From the NCBI GenBank assembly GCA_013265495.1, contig MU058540.1, forward strand, positions 2,443,696 to 2,507,695: DNA of 64,000 nucleotides, read 5' to 3'. A program made the position numbers and the translations under genes. Positions 35,371 through 49,900 of this stretch are shown piece by piece (position 1 is the first letter of the stretch; the number at the start of each line of letters is the position of its first letter). The DNA is from Vicugna vicugna. Lineage: Eukaryota. The notes below the pieces were generated by a model. The model made no database searches and was not told where the DNA came from. It was given only the letters and a program-made list of their open reading frames with translations.

Positions 35371-36632
35371 GTGAGAGACATTCACGGGCAGGCAAGGGGC
35401 TGGGGGCCAGAGTAAGGGAGGGTTAAGGGAAAATCCCATCGTGGGAGCATCCTTCCCCAACTTTAGGTCTGATCCTTGTGGGCAAACAGAAGCCCTGGGA
35501 GGGTCACACTTCCATGCATACCTAGGGATAATATCAAAGTATTTGACAATCAGTAGAGACCAAAATTCATCAGTCAGAGTAGATGTTGGCTGTTGTATTG
35601 GAGGGGGCTCCTGAGAGCCACTGATAGGGATATTTAGTTGCCAATTGTGAGCAGGTTCAGGGAGTTTCAGATGCTGGGGCCCAGAGGCTGTTTGCTAACT
35701 AGTAAAGAAGTATTTCAATATTTTTCACCTGATATGGTCATATTGTACATACCAGTTAAATATTAGCTCATCTTATACCATGATATAGAGAGGCTCTTAG
35801 AGCAGGTTAGATTGTGGTGTTGGGGAATGGAAAAAAAAAAAGTAAAGATGGTCTGGGATCATGGCTTTTATTCCAGCTGGCCAAGTCTGCAGGCCCATGC
35901 CTAAGCAGAAGAGCCCAAAACTACAAAAGATAGCTGGGGGAAGTGGTTCTCAGAGACCCAGGGGCCTTATCTGAGTTGCTTTCCATCCTCTCCACTTTGT
36001 TGGGGGCAGAATTGCTTCTTTTATACCAGCCCTTGGATCTGAGCCTACAGCTTGGGAGGGCCTCTCATCTGCACAGTCCAGAAGGTTGGGAGTTATCCCC
36101 AGAGGAAAGGGGGCCAAATTGAGGGAATGGCCTATTTTATTTTAGGCTGGCGGAGAGCAGGAATGAGACTGAGAGGTCACATTTAGCATTAGAGGGCTTC
36201 GTGTCCATTGTGACCCTTCTCAACTCCCCATATGGCAATCAGCCTGCCACTTGTATCCATCCCCACTCCTGGGCTGAGGTGGTGCCATCATGCCCAGTGG
36301 ACCTGCTGCAACAACTTCTAGAGGTTTCAAGAAATTTCTAGGCCTCACCTCCCAGAGATTCAGGTTAGGGAAATTGTCTCACAAGTTTCAGTTTTTAAGT
36401 TTCAAGGTGGTAGGTGAACAGACGTGTTTGGGAAGCACTTTCATTTTTCCACATCTGTAAACTTATTCTTTCTGCTTGTCCTGCTTGCTTCACTTGGGTG
36501 ATCTGAAATGAAATACATTGACAGATGGGAAAACATCTGTGTCTAATGAGAATTGTAGATCCCTAATCTGTGAGGCTGAGACTTACCTAACTATTGATTA
36601 AGCAGGGGGTTTTAGGCTTTCTGTGGTGTAGG

Positions 36633-36805
36633 GCAGTGGTTTGTAACCCTGACTTTATCAGACTCACCTGATAATCTTTCAAAAAAAAATATGTATATCT
36701 TTAGTGATCTGGTCTCAATTGGTCTGGGATGGGACCTTGGCATTGGAATTTTTAAGAAACTTCTGAGGTGATTCTAATACATAGCCAGAGTCTAGAACTA
36801 CTACT
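36633..36805. mobile_element. hAT-Charlie MER5A-like fragment
   Basis: gcagtggtttgtaaccctgac...tcacctg...aggtgattctaat...agaactactact. Confidence 0.55.
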
Positions 36806-36976
36806 GTAGACACATTTTAGTCCTACATCCTCTTTGCCTCAGACCTAAGACCTGGCATGCGTCTCACGCCTTCTAATAGCCTGTGCTTTTGGTTGTTAGT
36901 TATCAGTGTCATTATCTGACTTATAGCGGCAGACTTTTTCTAAAATGTTCAAGCAGGTTCTCTTTTTCTCTAACAG

Positions 36977-37486
36977 ATGATTCTAAACTGCCTCCCCCAC
37001 CAACTCTGGAGCCCACTGGGCCTGCACCTTCCTTGTCTGAGCAAGAATCCCCTCCAGATCCCCCCACTCTGAAACCCATCAGTGATAGCAAACCTCTAAG
37101 CCGATTCCTGAAGCCCAGGAAGGTGGAAGAAGATGAGCTCTTGGAAAAATCACCTTTGCAGCTAGGGAGCGAGCCCTTACAACGCCTGCTTAGTGACAAC
37201 GGCATCAGTAGAGTGTCCCTCATGGCCCCCGATACATCCCCCACCAGTGCCCCACTCAGTGGTGTGGGGCGCCGCACATCAGTCCTCTTCAAGAAGGCCA
37301 AGAATGGGGTGAAGCTACAGAGGAGCCCAGATAGGGGACTGGAGAACGGCGAGGACCATGGTGCAGTGGGCTCTCCTGCCTCTCCTACCAGCATAGAGGA
37401 TGAACGGCACTCCCAGAAGCGGCCGAGGAGTAGGAGCTGTAGTGAGAGCGAAGGGGAGAGGTCCCCGCAGCAGGAGGAGGAGACAG
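36977..37486 (+). CDS. BRPF3: BRPF3 exon 8 (Pro/Ser-rich linker)
   Basis: taacag|(D)DSKLPPPPTLEPTG...GVGRRTSVLFKKAKNG...QQEEET G|gtgacc. Confidence 0.93.
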
Positions 37487-37749
37487 GTGACCTCTCCTGT
37501 GCCTTCTCTCGCTACTTTTCATCTGCTTTCCTGCTTTGCCTTGCCAGCCAGCCCCTCCCCCAGTTGACTGCCTCCCTAATGGCCCCTGAGGATGCCAGTA
37601 ATAGCACTGAGGGCCCTATAGTTCACAGGCCTGGCACACAGTTAATGGCCTGGGGAAATGGGCTTTAAGCAAGTGTTTTGACAGGGCCAGATTTTGTCAG
37701 GGGTTTTCTTTGTCCCGGGGGATAAAATGCTATATATGATGAAATGGTT

Positions 37750-38180
37750 CTTGCCTTTGTTTTAGTTCATTTATTTCTCAGATTTATATTAGGTGTTATT
37801 GTAGGCCCTTCAATATAAGAGTGAGAATCAATAAATAAAACAGACAAATCTCCTCCCTTGTAGGATAGGTAGGTTAAAAGCAAATGAGTAAGTTGTACTT
37901 TATATTAGAAGCTATAGAGAAAAGTCCATCAGGGAAGGGGAATAGGGGATGCTGGGGTGGTATTAGAAAGGGTGGCCAGGGGAGCCCTTCCAAGGAGGTG
38001 ACATTTGAGTAAAGATCTGAAAGAGCTAAAGGCGTGAGCTGTTTGGGTATCTGGGGAAAGAATGTTCCAAAAAGATAGACTAGCAAGGGCACAGGCCCTG
38101 GAGGTGGAAACATGCTTGCATGTCTGAGGAACAGTGTGATTGCAACACAGTCAGCCAGGGATGGTAGGAGATGAGGTTCC
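37750..38180 (-). mobile_element. L2 fragment
   Basis: aggaggtgacatttgagtaaagatctgaa...caagggcacaggccctggaggtggaaacatgcttg. Confidence 0.6.
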
Positions 38181-40371
38181 AAAGGCAAGTAATGGGGGCT
38201 CGCCACTGAAGAGTTCTTACTGCATGTTCAGTGCAAGCTGGTCACTGGTGGGTAGTAAACTAAGTCAGACTCAGTTCCAACTCTGAAAGAGTCCACTGGG
38301 GACACTAGGTGGTCTCCCGAGAGGCAGAGATGTCACAGTTCTGGATAGTTTGTGGTTAAGTGTAAGGTGACAGCACTGCTAGTGGTGTTCAAGGAGTAAG
38401 AGCTGGGGAAGTTGGAAAGTACTCACAAGGAGACAGTGCCTTAGCTGGCCCTGGGGGTGAGGACAGTAGAGCGGAGTAAAAGGCTTAGGCCCTGGTGTGT
38501 GGAAACAAGGACAGAGTCCCTGTGAGGAACAGTTTGGAGAGAGGCTTCCTGGAGCATCAGGAGCCAACGCTGTAGGCAAGGTGGGCCAGGATGTGCAGGA
38601 CCTCCATTGCCAGACAGAATAGTCTTGGTGAGATATGGAAGGCTGGCTGGCTTGGCAGGGAGGGGCCTGCTCTTGGCTTTTGCTCCTCGTGTCCCTCTCA
38701 TGTCCTGTTATGTGGTGGCTTTGGGCTTTGTGGCTAGCACATGCTTTTCTCTCTTCCTGCCTAACACTTTGTTGCCAGCAATACCTTTCCATCCTGTCTG
38801 GCCCAAGCTTCCCTGTATTAGGACAGTAGGTTGGTGTTAAGAGTCAAGAGCTTGAGGCCTGGAGTTAGGCGGACTTGAGTTCAAATCCCCTCTTCTTACC
38901 AGCTGTGTGTTCTGGGGCAAATTAATCAACCTCTCTGAGCCTATTCCTTATTTCTAATATGGGGCCAGTGATATCCACATTGCAGGGCTCTAAGGATTTG
39001 AAATAGCCTACATAAAGCACTTGGGATATAGCAGTAGATGGTAGTGGTTTTTGTTGTCATCCTTTGAACTGTGTCAGGCACAGCCAAACAGCACTGAGAA
39101 CACTGTGCACTAAAATTAAAAAGTCGTGCTATTGGGAAGTAGATCTAGATATCAGACTCATGGAGACAAGAGGGCCCGCTGCATGGGGTTATTGCTAGAA
39201 TCTCTTTCTCTTCCACCATCCCAGCTACCTTGCACTCAGGAATATTTTTACACAACCCTAGAGGAGTCTCAGAAAAACAGATGTTGATCCTTTACAGATG
39301 AGGCACCTGAGACACAGCTGGCTTCCGTGATTTAAAGCGAGATCATAATGTTAGAGGAAGAACCAGGTTAGAATCCAGGTACATTGGCTGAGACACCTGC
39401 TCTTATAGATGTGACTTGCCTCAGTTTTCTGACTAACATATATGTGACTTAGAGCTCCTGAGCTCTTGGCTCAGCTATGAGACTTATAGGATTCTGGATT
39501 GTGGCTGGGAATTGGATAGATAGGAGAGTTAAAGCCTCCACAGTAGATGAGAGTCACATTCCTGTCCCTGGGGTGACCAGTCTTCATTTGCCTCTGTAGG
39601 GCTCCCTGCTATAAACAGACCTTCCCTCATCGATACTTAGTAGCATTCTCCATAAGTAAGAAGTACTACTGTCACTTCACAAAAGGAAAAGCCAAGGCTT
39701 AGAGAGGAAAAGGGATCCATATTTCAGGGCCCAGTCTAAAACCAAGGAATCTGACTCCTTATCCCAGGAAGGTCTGGTTTGCTTTAGATCTGCTGAAAAG
39801 TGCCCCCCATCCTCAACTCTGACTAGCTCTGCTAGATATTTCAGGGTGTGGTTGACACAGCCCTTATCCTGTCCCAACCTCCCCTGACACCATCCCAAAA
39901 GAATGAAGTTAGCTGTTGCCAGCTGTGTGATAGATAGGGTGAATGAGTGTTTATCCAAAGAGGCGATGTGGGTGGGCTCCCCAAGAGGCAGAGGAGACTC
40001 CCTGATAATTGAGGCTTGAAATTAGAAGCAGTTCCTGGGACTTGTGAGCCAGCCAGTGTGAGGAAGTCTTGGTATTTCCCTTTGTAGAGAAATGACAGTA
40101 ACTGGAATGAGCTGGGTGCTATTTACCTTCCAAAAAACCCATAAGGATGGGAAGGAAAATACAGTGTCTGCTCTGTGGCCTAGCCAACATTTCGCCCAAA
40201 GCTTCATCAGGTTCTCACTATCACCCAAGACCTGTTTCCCAAGAGGAAGGACCAGTTGTCCTCTCCAGCCCTCCTTGCTGAGCCCTCTCAAGGCAGCTGC
40301 CTCACACTGCGGCATGTGTCAGTGGAAGAGGGGGTTTCTGCACTCAGGTTCACTCTGTGTGTCCTTGGCAG

Positions 40372-40465
40372 GTGTGACCAACGGCTTTGGAAAGCACACC
40401 GAAAGTGGGTCTGATTCAGAATGTAGTTTGGGTCTCAGTGGTGGACTGACATTTGAAGCTTGCAG
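40372..40465 (+). CDS. BRPF3: BRPF3 exon 9
   Basis: tggcag|(G)VTNGFGKHTESGSDSECSLGLSGGLTFEAC AG|gtaaga. Confidence 0.93.
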
Positions 40466-43400
40466 GTAAGAACACTTGTGGCAGCTCTGCCACCTCTCCA
40501 TTTATTTTCCTTTCAGCTACAGATTGAACCTCCTCCTGCTTATCTTGGTTTTTTTTTCCCCCCATCTCTGCTATTTCCTGAGGCCTGTGTCTGGTAGCTC
40601 CTGGGAAACAGCATGACCCTTGGGGTTTGTGGAGTTGAATTTGGCTTGAGAGGGTGGGGATAGCTGAGTCTATTGCCCCATGAAGTTAACATTTGAGCTG
40701 GTCCCCACCCACCACCCACCCCTCACCCATTTAGATACCCCAGTTATAGACATGGCTTTGGCCTTTGCCTTTCGGGGCATCATAGCAGTGGCCTCTTTGG
40801 AGGTCTGGTAGGGGAATAAAAAATGGACAGATAAGAAATTTGGAATTGCCTTTTAGTCAGACAAAGGCCCCAGCTCTTTTACCATCCTTGAGCTAGGAGA
40901 GGATGGGTTTCTTTTCCATTCTTTTACCTGAAGGAAGGGTTTCTGAGACCAGAACCTTCAAGTTTCTTCGAAGTTGAAGAGTTTATCGAGTCCCTCCTGT
41001 GTGTTGTGTGCTCTGCAAGACACCAGGGAGTGTGGGACCCTTGGAAATGAGAGACTCTCAGGACCACAGAGGAAAAATAACTTGTCCTGAAGGCTGGCCA
41101 TATGGTCCCTCCACATGGCTGCTGAATGGATCCTGAGTTCACTAAAGGGGAGGAAAGTTCTCATGGCAGCACCCAAAGACTAGTATCTGTGTTTGAAGCA
41201 CTTCCAAGGCAGGTTAGGTGACTGTTTGGCACTCTGTCCTGGCCGCTGAGCTGCTGGTGGAGCTATGGGAGGCTCCCAGCTACCCCTTGTGCCTGGACTG
41301 CTCCCCTGCTGTGGCAGGGCCCAGCTTTCAGTGGCTCCTTTAAGATTTTCCTCCCCACCGAGCCTTAGAAATGTCCTAGCTTTCTCCCTCCATGTTGCAG
41401 CTCTAGAGATATAGGAGGAGTGGTTGGGAAAACACAGTTACCAGACACAGAGAAGAGGCAGAGATTTCATAATCTTACCAGATACTTCTAGTAAGATTAT
41501 AGAGTTTATCTATAATAAACTCTCAGGTTGGCATTCCTGACTCCCTTCAAAATTAGGTTACCTAGAAACCCAGTTCATTGGAGTAGGGTAGGAGCAGGGT
41601 TATCAAACTGTCCCCTCCTAGCCCTTGACTAAAGGTGGAAGGTGTGTCTGGCCCTTCCCTTCATGAAAGGTGCTCTTCCCAGTTGTGAACCACAAGAAGC
41701 AAGCCCTCTGGTTAGCCTGTTTGCCTTCCTGTCAAAATGCCAACGCCACTGATTCCTCTGGGGCCCTGCTCAGTATATGAACAGTGCCCTTGGAAGGCAT
41801 TTCTTCTTTAACTCAGTAGTTCTCAGTAGAATTTTAGGGTTTAAAACAGGAGACTCAGGACTTCAAATGCAGGATTTTTTTCTTTTTCTTTTTCTTTTTC
41901 TTTTTCTTTTCTATACTGCAGTGGTAAGTACACAAAGAAAAATCTTACTTATTAATTAGACTGGAGTCACATAATCCCAGAGATAAAGACATGTGAAGGA
42001 ATTTCTGATCACTAATCTCATCTCATTCCTGTGATGTCCTTGAGTTTATCTTTTCTAATGGTTTTCTGAGCATGTTGGGGCTCTTCTATGGGTCCCTCGT
42101 TCAACTATTAATTGAGCACATACCATGATCCAGGCACTGTTCTCAGCCCTGATAAGGTGTCTATTCTCAGATCTTATCTTCTGGAAGGGAGAGATGAATG
42201 TTAAACCAGTAAACAAAATAATTACAGATTGGGCTGTCTGCTTAGGCCTGGGTAACTTGGAGAGAGGGCTGAAATGCAGGCCATGATCAAGTCAGTTGTG
42301 CTTTCTTCTATGAAACAGGAACATATAGACCTAGTTTTGATGTTGCATCCTATCTCATTGAGCTCAGCCTTTTCAGAGTAGAATCATCTGATATACTATT
42401 ATATACAGATATATATGGATAATATTTAAAGTGAGACATTAACATTTATTTCCTTTCATACAATATTTACTATATAACTACCATTTATTGAGTACTTGAT
42501 ATGTGCTGTAGTGAGTACTTTCTGTATTTTGATTATTAAATCCTCACAGCAACACATGGGGAACATAAGCCTCAGTGAGGTTAAGTAACTTGCTCAGGAT
42601 CACAGGATGAACGAGTAGAAGAGCCAGGTTCTAAACCCAGGTAGTCTGGCTCTAGAGTTTCTCTCTTAACCACTTTGTTGTGCTTAATCTTCTGTTATAT
42701 TTGAAGATGTCTCTCCAGATCAGTGATGTGAACTTGGAAAGACTTTCCTAGTAGAACTACCAGTACCTTATATTTTTGTAAGGTCTCAGATTCTCTAAGC
42801 CCAGTGACAGATTTTTGTGGGGTGGATGGGAACTGAATCCTGAACATGAACTGGGTGTTATTTGTTTTCTCCCCAACAGGTCCTAATATTGACTAATAGG
42901 AAAAAAGCTCCCAACCTACTAGTTACTGAAAAATTATGATTCATCAGGTTCTGGTTGTGCCAGGTTTTCTGTTTAAGACCATGATAAAGTCAATTATGAG
43001 TGAGTAAAACAGGAGTACCTTACTCTCCAACCGGTCCTCACCCTAGCCTCTTTTTATCCCACTAGGGGTTTCTTAAGCATTTCTGCTCTTCTGAAGATTG
43101 TTGACCTTTTCAGCATTTTTTTGTTGTTGAAAAAATTATATAGCGGTAATATTTTTTAAAGTTCGGATGGGAAAAAATCCTAGGTACATCATTCTTGCCC
43201 AGAGGCTTCTAACTGTGATTGTAGATTAGAATTGCATTGGGAGCAATTTAAAAATGTTGATGTCTGGGTGGGTTCCAGTTATACCATTTTTCTGGTATTA
43301 CTATACTCATTTTTGCCTATTACCTTCTAGTCTTTATCTGATATATATTTTTTTACCTCCTTGCAGTAGCCATATTAAAAAAAAATACTGGTCTGCTTGT

Positions 43401-43961
43401 TAGTTAAAAAAAATCTGTCTCTGTCTAAGAAAAACTTCACACACATAAAGTGGAAGTGAGAAGTGGATTTTTTTTCCAATTTAAAAATATGTCTTTTCTA
43501 ATTAAGGAAGTAAGACATGTCCATTATAGAAAACTTGGGAAAGAGACAAAGTTTTGTGCTTCAAAAGTAGTTTCTAAAGAAAAAGCAGTGTAAACCACAG
43601 AGTAAAGAATTCTGGGCAGATGTGAGATGACCAGGCTGCTTAGACTCTGGAAGGATTGACAGGTGCCTGGGGTGATCTTCCCTCTGGATGAAATCCAAGG
43701 TTCCCAGGCAGGGGAGCAGACATCTCTTTTCAAGTTCAGTCCTTACACATGGATGAAGTGATTCCTTAAAGCCTCATGGGAACATTTTGGTCAGAAGTAT
43801 ATCCTGGGTTAATATGAGTTTTTAGGGGAAAGTGAGAAACCATTCTCCCTGAAGGGTTTTTGCAGCTCTACTCATAGCAGAGGTGGGAGAGCAGGAGTGG
43901 GTATATTAGTCATTGAAATTGCTCATTTCGCTCCCCTTTTCCCTCCCTGCTCTGTATGCAG

Positions 43962-44059
43962 TGGTCTGACACCTCCCAAACGCAGCCGTGGGAAGCCAGC
44001 CCTGTCTCGAGTGCCCTTCCTGGAAGGTGTGAATGGAGACTCTGACTACAGTGGCTCAG
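43962..44059 (+). CDS. BRPF3: BRPF3 exon 10
   Basis: atgcag|(S)GLTPPKRSRGKPALSRVPFLEGVNGDSDYSGS G|gtgagg. Confidence 0.93.
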
Positions 44060-46415
44060 GTGAGGAGCGCTGTACAGGTGCATCTGGGGGAACCAGGCCT
44101 TCCAAAGAACTAGCTCTGTTGGCTGCAGCCAGATCCTGAGCTCCAAACCCTGGGGCACTGGGTAGGGAGATGGCTCTTCCTCCTGGGTCATTCATACTTT
44201 TTTTTTTTAATTCATCTTATTTTGAATAGGTAACCCATGCCATGGTGACAAAAATCAGAAAGGTACAAAAAGGTGCATAATAAGGAGCCAGTGCTCCCCT
44301 CCCTAGAACAGCCACTATTAGAGGTTTCTTTTGTCTTTTTCCAGATGTAATCCATACATACGCAAGCCAAAAACTTGTATGTGTATTTGAAAGAGCCAGC
44401 AGAGAAGCTTAACGTGCATGTTCCTCTAAACTAGGCCTTTTTTCAGTTAATAATATGCCTTGGAGATTCTGTGCTTTTTATTTGCTGCCTAATGCCCCAT
44501 TACATAGGAGTGCTGTCATATACTTAGCTGGCCCCCTGCAGATGGGCATTTAGATCATTTTCACTTATTTGTCATAGTCAGTGTTGCAGGGAGCAACCTT
44601 CTACATAGATCATCTTGTATCCCTGGGGAGTATGGCTGTAGAAGTAGAGTTGCTGTATTGAAGGAAGTGTGCATTTGTAATTTTGGTAGTGTCAGCCTGC
44701 CCTCACTGGAGTGATCAGTAATAGCCTGTATCACTGAATTTTCAGACATAACCCTGTAGTTTCATGTGATCCAAGGCTTCCACCCCTCTCATGAGACCTT
44801 CTACTCCAGCTAGTCCAAACAATAAAATACGTGGGTCTTGTCTCCTTGGACCAAGGGAATAAAGGACAAGGCAGGGCCAAAGGAGAAGGCTTGGGTGGTG
44901 CTCAGGTGATGTGGGTGCACGGCCAGCTGTTCTCTGAGCACGTCTCTGTCCAGCCCTCCTGTGGGAGATGTGCATTCTGGATGCTTGAAGCTTCCATCTA
45001 ACATACAGGCTTTGGGGCTTCTCTTCCCCACTTTCCTTTTCCTAACTGCTTTATTTCCCCATAGCATCAGTTTCTTTTTCATATGTGTTTTGATGAATGC
45101 ATGCCTGCATGTTTCATTGCTGTCTGTCAGTGCCCAGAAGGCAGGGCTCATGTCTGGGTTAATCTGTACAGCATCTAGTGCAAAACTGGGAGCCGACTGA
45201 CACATACTTTGTGCTTCTAGTAGTGACATTTTATTTTTATTTTTAAAGCCACATACTTATTAATATGGTGACAAAGGAAATTTAAAAAGGAAACTGACCT
45301 CCCACTGTTCCATCACCTTAACACGATTGTCTTCATTTCTGTGTTGCCTTCTGTTTGTTTTTAACAAAATGCTAATCCAAAATACATGCTCTTTTGTATT
45401 CTGCTTTTTTCAATGTTAGAACTTTTTAAATTTTGACAAAACTTTGTATCACAGTCATTATTGGAACAGTGTATCTTCTAATCAGTGCATTATAATTTAC
45501 CTGTTCCATATGAGATAGTTATTTCCAACTTGTAACATTATACATATATGTTATACATTATACATTTTTGTTCAAAACCTTCTTATTCGTTTTTAAAGTT
45601 AATTTTTCTAAGAATAAATTCCCAGGGAAGGAATTTACTGGAGCAGATGGTTCCTACTTTTTTTTTTTATGGCTCTTGAGACATACTGCCAAATTATATT
45701 CTGGAAGAATTAGACTGGTCTGCAATTTCCTCAGCAGTGTATGATTACACCAGTTTCCCCTCAGCCTGCCTCTTCAGTATTGGATTTTATCTTTTTGTTG
45801 TTATTGCTCTGATTGAATAGATAGAAAACAAGACCTCATTAATTAGTAGTACATTTTTGAAAAATTATAAATATGGGTGGTCATGTTTCCTTAGGACCTT
45901 ATTTTCTACTCTGTGGAATTTGGGCCTTTTTCCTTAGTTGAGTGTGGTCATCTCCCCATTGTCAGTTTATAGACATGGGGAGGGGGAGGGAAGTTCCTCT
46001 GTGTGCTCATTTGTGAAGTTCCCATCCATGTGTTCTAGTGCACTGGGTGCAGAATACAGTTAAGCTGAAGAGGTGCGGTGCCTGCCCCAGGCGGGACACC
46101 CAGTGAAAGGTTCTGACAAAACAGGTGCACAAAGGACCTGCAGACCTGCTTGGCTCTGCTGAGTGCTGTGCAGCCAGGTGACGTGGATAGCCAGGTGTGG
46201 CCCTGTCAGAAAGGAACTCATTTAGCAAGTAGTTTAACTGGGATGTCCATTTCAGGTATGTTTTTCCATGAAGGCTCCATCATAAGGCCGACCAGTAAGG
46301 AAGTCCCAAAGAATAGTTTGTGGCTTTGCCAGGCTGGGTTATGGTCTTCTTCCTGGTGTCCTGGTGATGAAGCAGTTAACATTTTTCCAAAGAATGTTGT
46401 CCTAAGGTTCTAGTT

Positions 46416-46728
46416 CAGAGGTCAGCAAATTGTAACCTATTGCTTGTTTTTGTAGTCTGGATGAGCTGAGAGTGGTTTTTACATTTTCAAATGATTGAAA
46501 ATCAAAAGAAGAATTGATGAATGCATGAAAATTACACAAAATTCAAATTTCAGTGTCCAGAAATAGAGCTTTATGGGGACACAGCCATGCTTACTCATTT
46601 ATGAAGTCTCTGCGGCTGCTTTCGTACTTCAACAGCAGAGTTGAGTAGGTGCGACAGAGACCCTGTAGCTCACAAAACCTAAAATATTCACTATTTGGCT
46701 TTTTACGGAACAAATTTGCCAACCCCTG
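46416..46728. mobile_element. hAT-Charlie MER58B-like element
   Basis: Terminal inverted repeats cagaggtcagcaaa ... tttgccaacccctg with characteristic internal text. Confidence 0.7.
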
Positions 46729-46893
46729 ATCTAGTCTTAAGAACTAAGGAAAGGGTAGGGTAGAGGAAGGGTGGAGGGGATGTTGCTGACTCATTCCTGG
46801 GCTGCCCTAGTCAAATGGAGGTCCCAGGCAGGCCTCCTGGGCACCATTCCAAGTCCCCTTCCGGTGCTGTCTCCTCCCCTCCCCCACCCCCAG

Positions 46894-46991
46894 GCAGAAG
46901 CCTCCTGATGCCCTTTGAAGACCGCGGAGACCTGGAGCCCCTGGAGCTGGTGTGGGCCAAGTGCCGAGGCTATCCCTCCTACCCCGCCTTG
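46894..46991 (+). CDS. BRPF3: BRPF3 exon 11 (start of PWWP domain)
   Basis: ccccag|(G)RSLLMPFEDRGDLEPLELVWAKCRGYPSYPAL|gtgagt. Confidence 0.95.
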
Positions 46992-49900
46992 GTGAGTCTG
47001 CCCCAGAGGCCACCCTCCTCCCTCCCGCGGGCGGTTCTGGCCCCTGCCTTGCCTTGGGGGCTTATCTGAATGGATCAAGCCAGCAGAGGCGGGTTGCCTC
47101 CAGCTGCAAAAAAGAGGGAGGTTTTACCCCAGCCAGGGTGGGTCAAACCAGAAAGGCTCCTAGCTTAGGGCACTTTTAGTAGGCTAAAGTATACAGACAG
47201 AGGTTAGGGCTCTTAGGGATTTAATAGCATTCATTTATTTGCTAAAAAAAAAATAAAAAAATTATTATGCATAAAAATAATACGTGTTCATTGTAGAGAA
47301 CTGTAAAAGCTGCTGATAATGCTTAGATGTTTTACTAAACATCTGTCATGCTAAGTTCTTAAAATACTGAGGAAGGTATGGTTATTTTTTATAGGGGAAT
47401 AAATTGAGGATCTATTTGCTACCCATGGTTATCTAGCTAATAAGTGGCAAGATTGAAATTTGAGCCCAAGCCTCAAAATGTGTAATGTCAAAGCCTGTGT
47501 TCTGAGCCACTGAGTTCAAAATCACCCACAGTCCCGTCTGTTCAGAGATTACCTCTTGATGTATATCCACTCAACCTTTTTTTGTTTAATGCATAAATAT
47601 GAGACCATACTCTAACCTCCCCTTCACTTAACAGCACACCATGAGCATGTTTGTCTTATGCCATTAAACAGTCTTCATTAGTATCACTTTAATGACTACA
47701 TTGTCTTCAGTTGTGTGCATGTAACTTATTTTAACCATTCCCTTGTTGATCAGTTAGATTGTTTTAAATTTTCCACTGTGATAAACAGCTGGCAGTAAGC
47801 ATCACTGAAACTTAACCTTCGTACACATCCATGATTATTTCTTTATAGTGAAGAAGTCTTAGGAATGCCTTCTTGGAGCAAAGTCTATGCAAAAGTCTGA
47901 TACAAATTGCCAAGTTCCCCCTTAGAAAATTAGTTCCAGTTTATACTCCCATCAACAGTAGCTAAAATTTCCATTTTTTTTCCATAGTAGCAGTAGTTAA
48001 AAATTCTGTTCTAACCACCTTGATTATTATTTCTTAGGGCTCTTTTTATATTGGGAAGGTAATGTTTATCTGGCCCTGGAAGATACTGATTCTAACCTTT
48101 GGGGCATGTCAGAATCATCTGGGAGAATTTTTTTTTTTTAATACAATTCTGAGACCCCACTCAGAACTATCGTATCAGACTCTCTAAAGCCAGACCAAGG
48201 CAGGAATATTTTTTAAAAAGCTTCCCAGATGGTCTGCAGCCGGGGCTTAGAACTACCCCGCCAACCTCTTGCATGCACACAGAGCTCTGAGCCTCTCCCA
48301 GCTCATTCGTGTCTGTGGCTCATCTGTCTTAAGCAGCCTCTTAAGGTAAAGAGAATAAGAACTCTGATCCTTTTTGGACAGATGAGGAAACTGCAATTTC
48401 CAGAGGTTATACAATTTGCTGGAGCAATGTTGGAACCCATACTGCCTGCCTCACCCACTGCTTAGTGATGGCAGGTGGGAGATCCACACTGTGAGCCTGT
48501 ATTGAGCTTGGGCCTGGAGCTGCCTTTATAGGCTCCCTGCCCTGCTGTCCGTGAGACCCCGCAGCTTAGTTGTTGGAGAAGTGGTTAAGGTGTGTCGGTT
48601 TCATTTTGTTTTTCTAATCTCATAGTGTAAAAAAGCCAGTCTAAATCTAATCCCTTTCTTTTTCCTTTTTAATTATCTTCTTAATCATACATTTTCTTCC
48701 ATGATTAAAGAAATTCAACCACCACCTGAACACAACCTGCGTTTTTATTTTGGTTTATGCTCTCCCATTCGTTTTCCTGTGTATACTTAAATATGTATTT
48801 GCACCCATAGTGAATATACAGTTTTTAATCTCTTTTTCTGAAGCTTTTGTTCTTTAAAAAAAAGAAAAGTCTTTTCTGTAAAAGTAATGTATCTACATTA
48901 TAGAAGTTTTGGAAAAATAGAGAAAATCAACACAAAGCCCTCAGCATTCTGACATGTCAATTATAAGCATTTTGTTTTATTGTGTCTATTGTTTATATAT
49001 TATAGCTGTAATAATAAATGTACACATTTATTGTGTAGTATGTTATGTTATCACAAGCTTTATTTCCATGTTGTTTTACATCTGCATAACATTTGAATGA
49101 ATGGATCATTATTATTTTGGGACACATTTGCCTCTGTCTTCTTTAAAAAAGAGAGGAGAGCTCTCCTTCAGAGACAGACTTGCCCATCTTGCTTCTACCC
49201 TTGGGGGGACATTTTTCACAGTCTGCCCCACATTCCAAGCCAGGTACCAGCTGGCTTGGTTAGAAGAAAACATATCAGCGTTAGCCTCATTGTCTTGTTC
49301 TATAATCGAGGAAGCTCAGGAGGACTTGTCTGGTGGTTCTCATTAGCTTAGCTTCAGTCCCAAGAGGGATAGACAGGCTGGGAATAGAATTCTTACCAAA
49401 TCATACAGCTGGGGGCAGGGTAGGGGTGAGTCTTCCTAAGAATAAACTCTTAACCAGATCACCTGCTTTTAGCTGCTTATCTTGAGAGGGATGTAGGAAG
49501 CTGGCAGACACCCAAAAGTAATTTATTATTATGAAAAGAGGCCCCCTGGGACAGGGTATAGGAATTAAGATTGCTCCATCTCTGGAGAAAGCTGCTTCCT
49601 CGGTAAGTTTCCAAGTCTCCCTGGCCTTGGTGCACAGAGATTATTAGCCAGCTGCTCTGGAAGCAGGGGCTGTGTAGGAGGCACTGGGCAGCAGAGGACC
49701 ACGACTTGTCCAGGGACCTGGTTTTTGTCCCCACCAGCTACATTCTCCTTTTGTGCTTGGCATTTTCCTGTCAGCTAATACCTGTCAGCAGACTTCTCAA
49801 CATCAGCAAGAAGATGAAATAAGATGATGATGTGTGAATGATTGGGAGCTTTGGTAACTTTGTCAGTGCTCTGTAGAGCTGGAGAATTACTGTGTTGATG

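Noticed and set aside
34734..35460. Several overlapping 120-200 aa ORFs on both strands
   Set aside because: Shadow frames of GC-rich BRPF3 exon 7 and its flanks.
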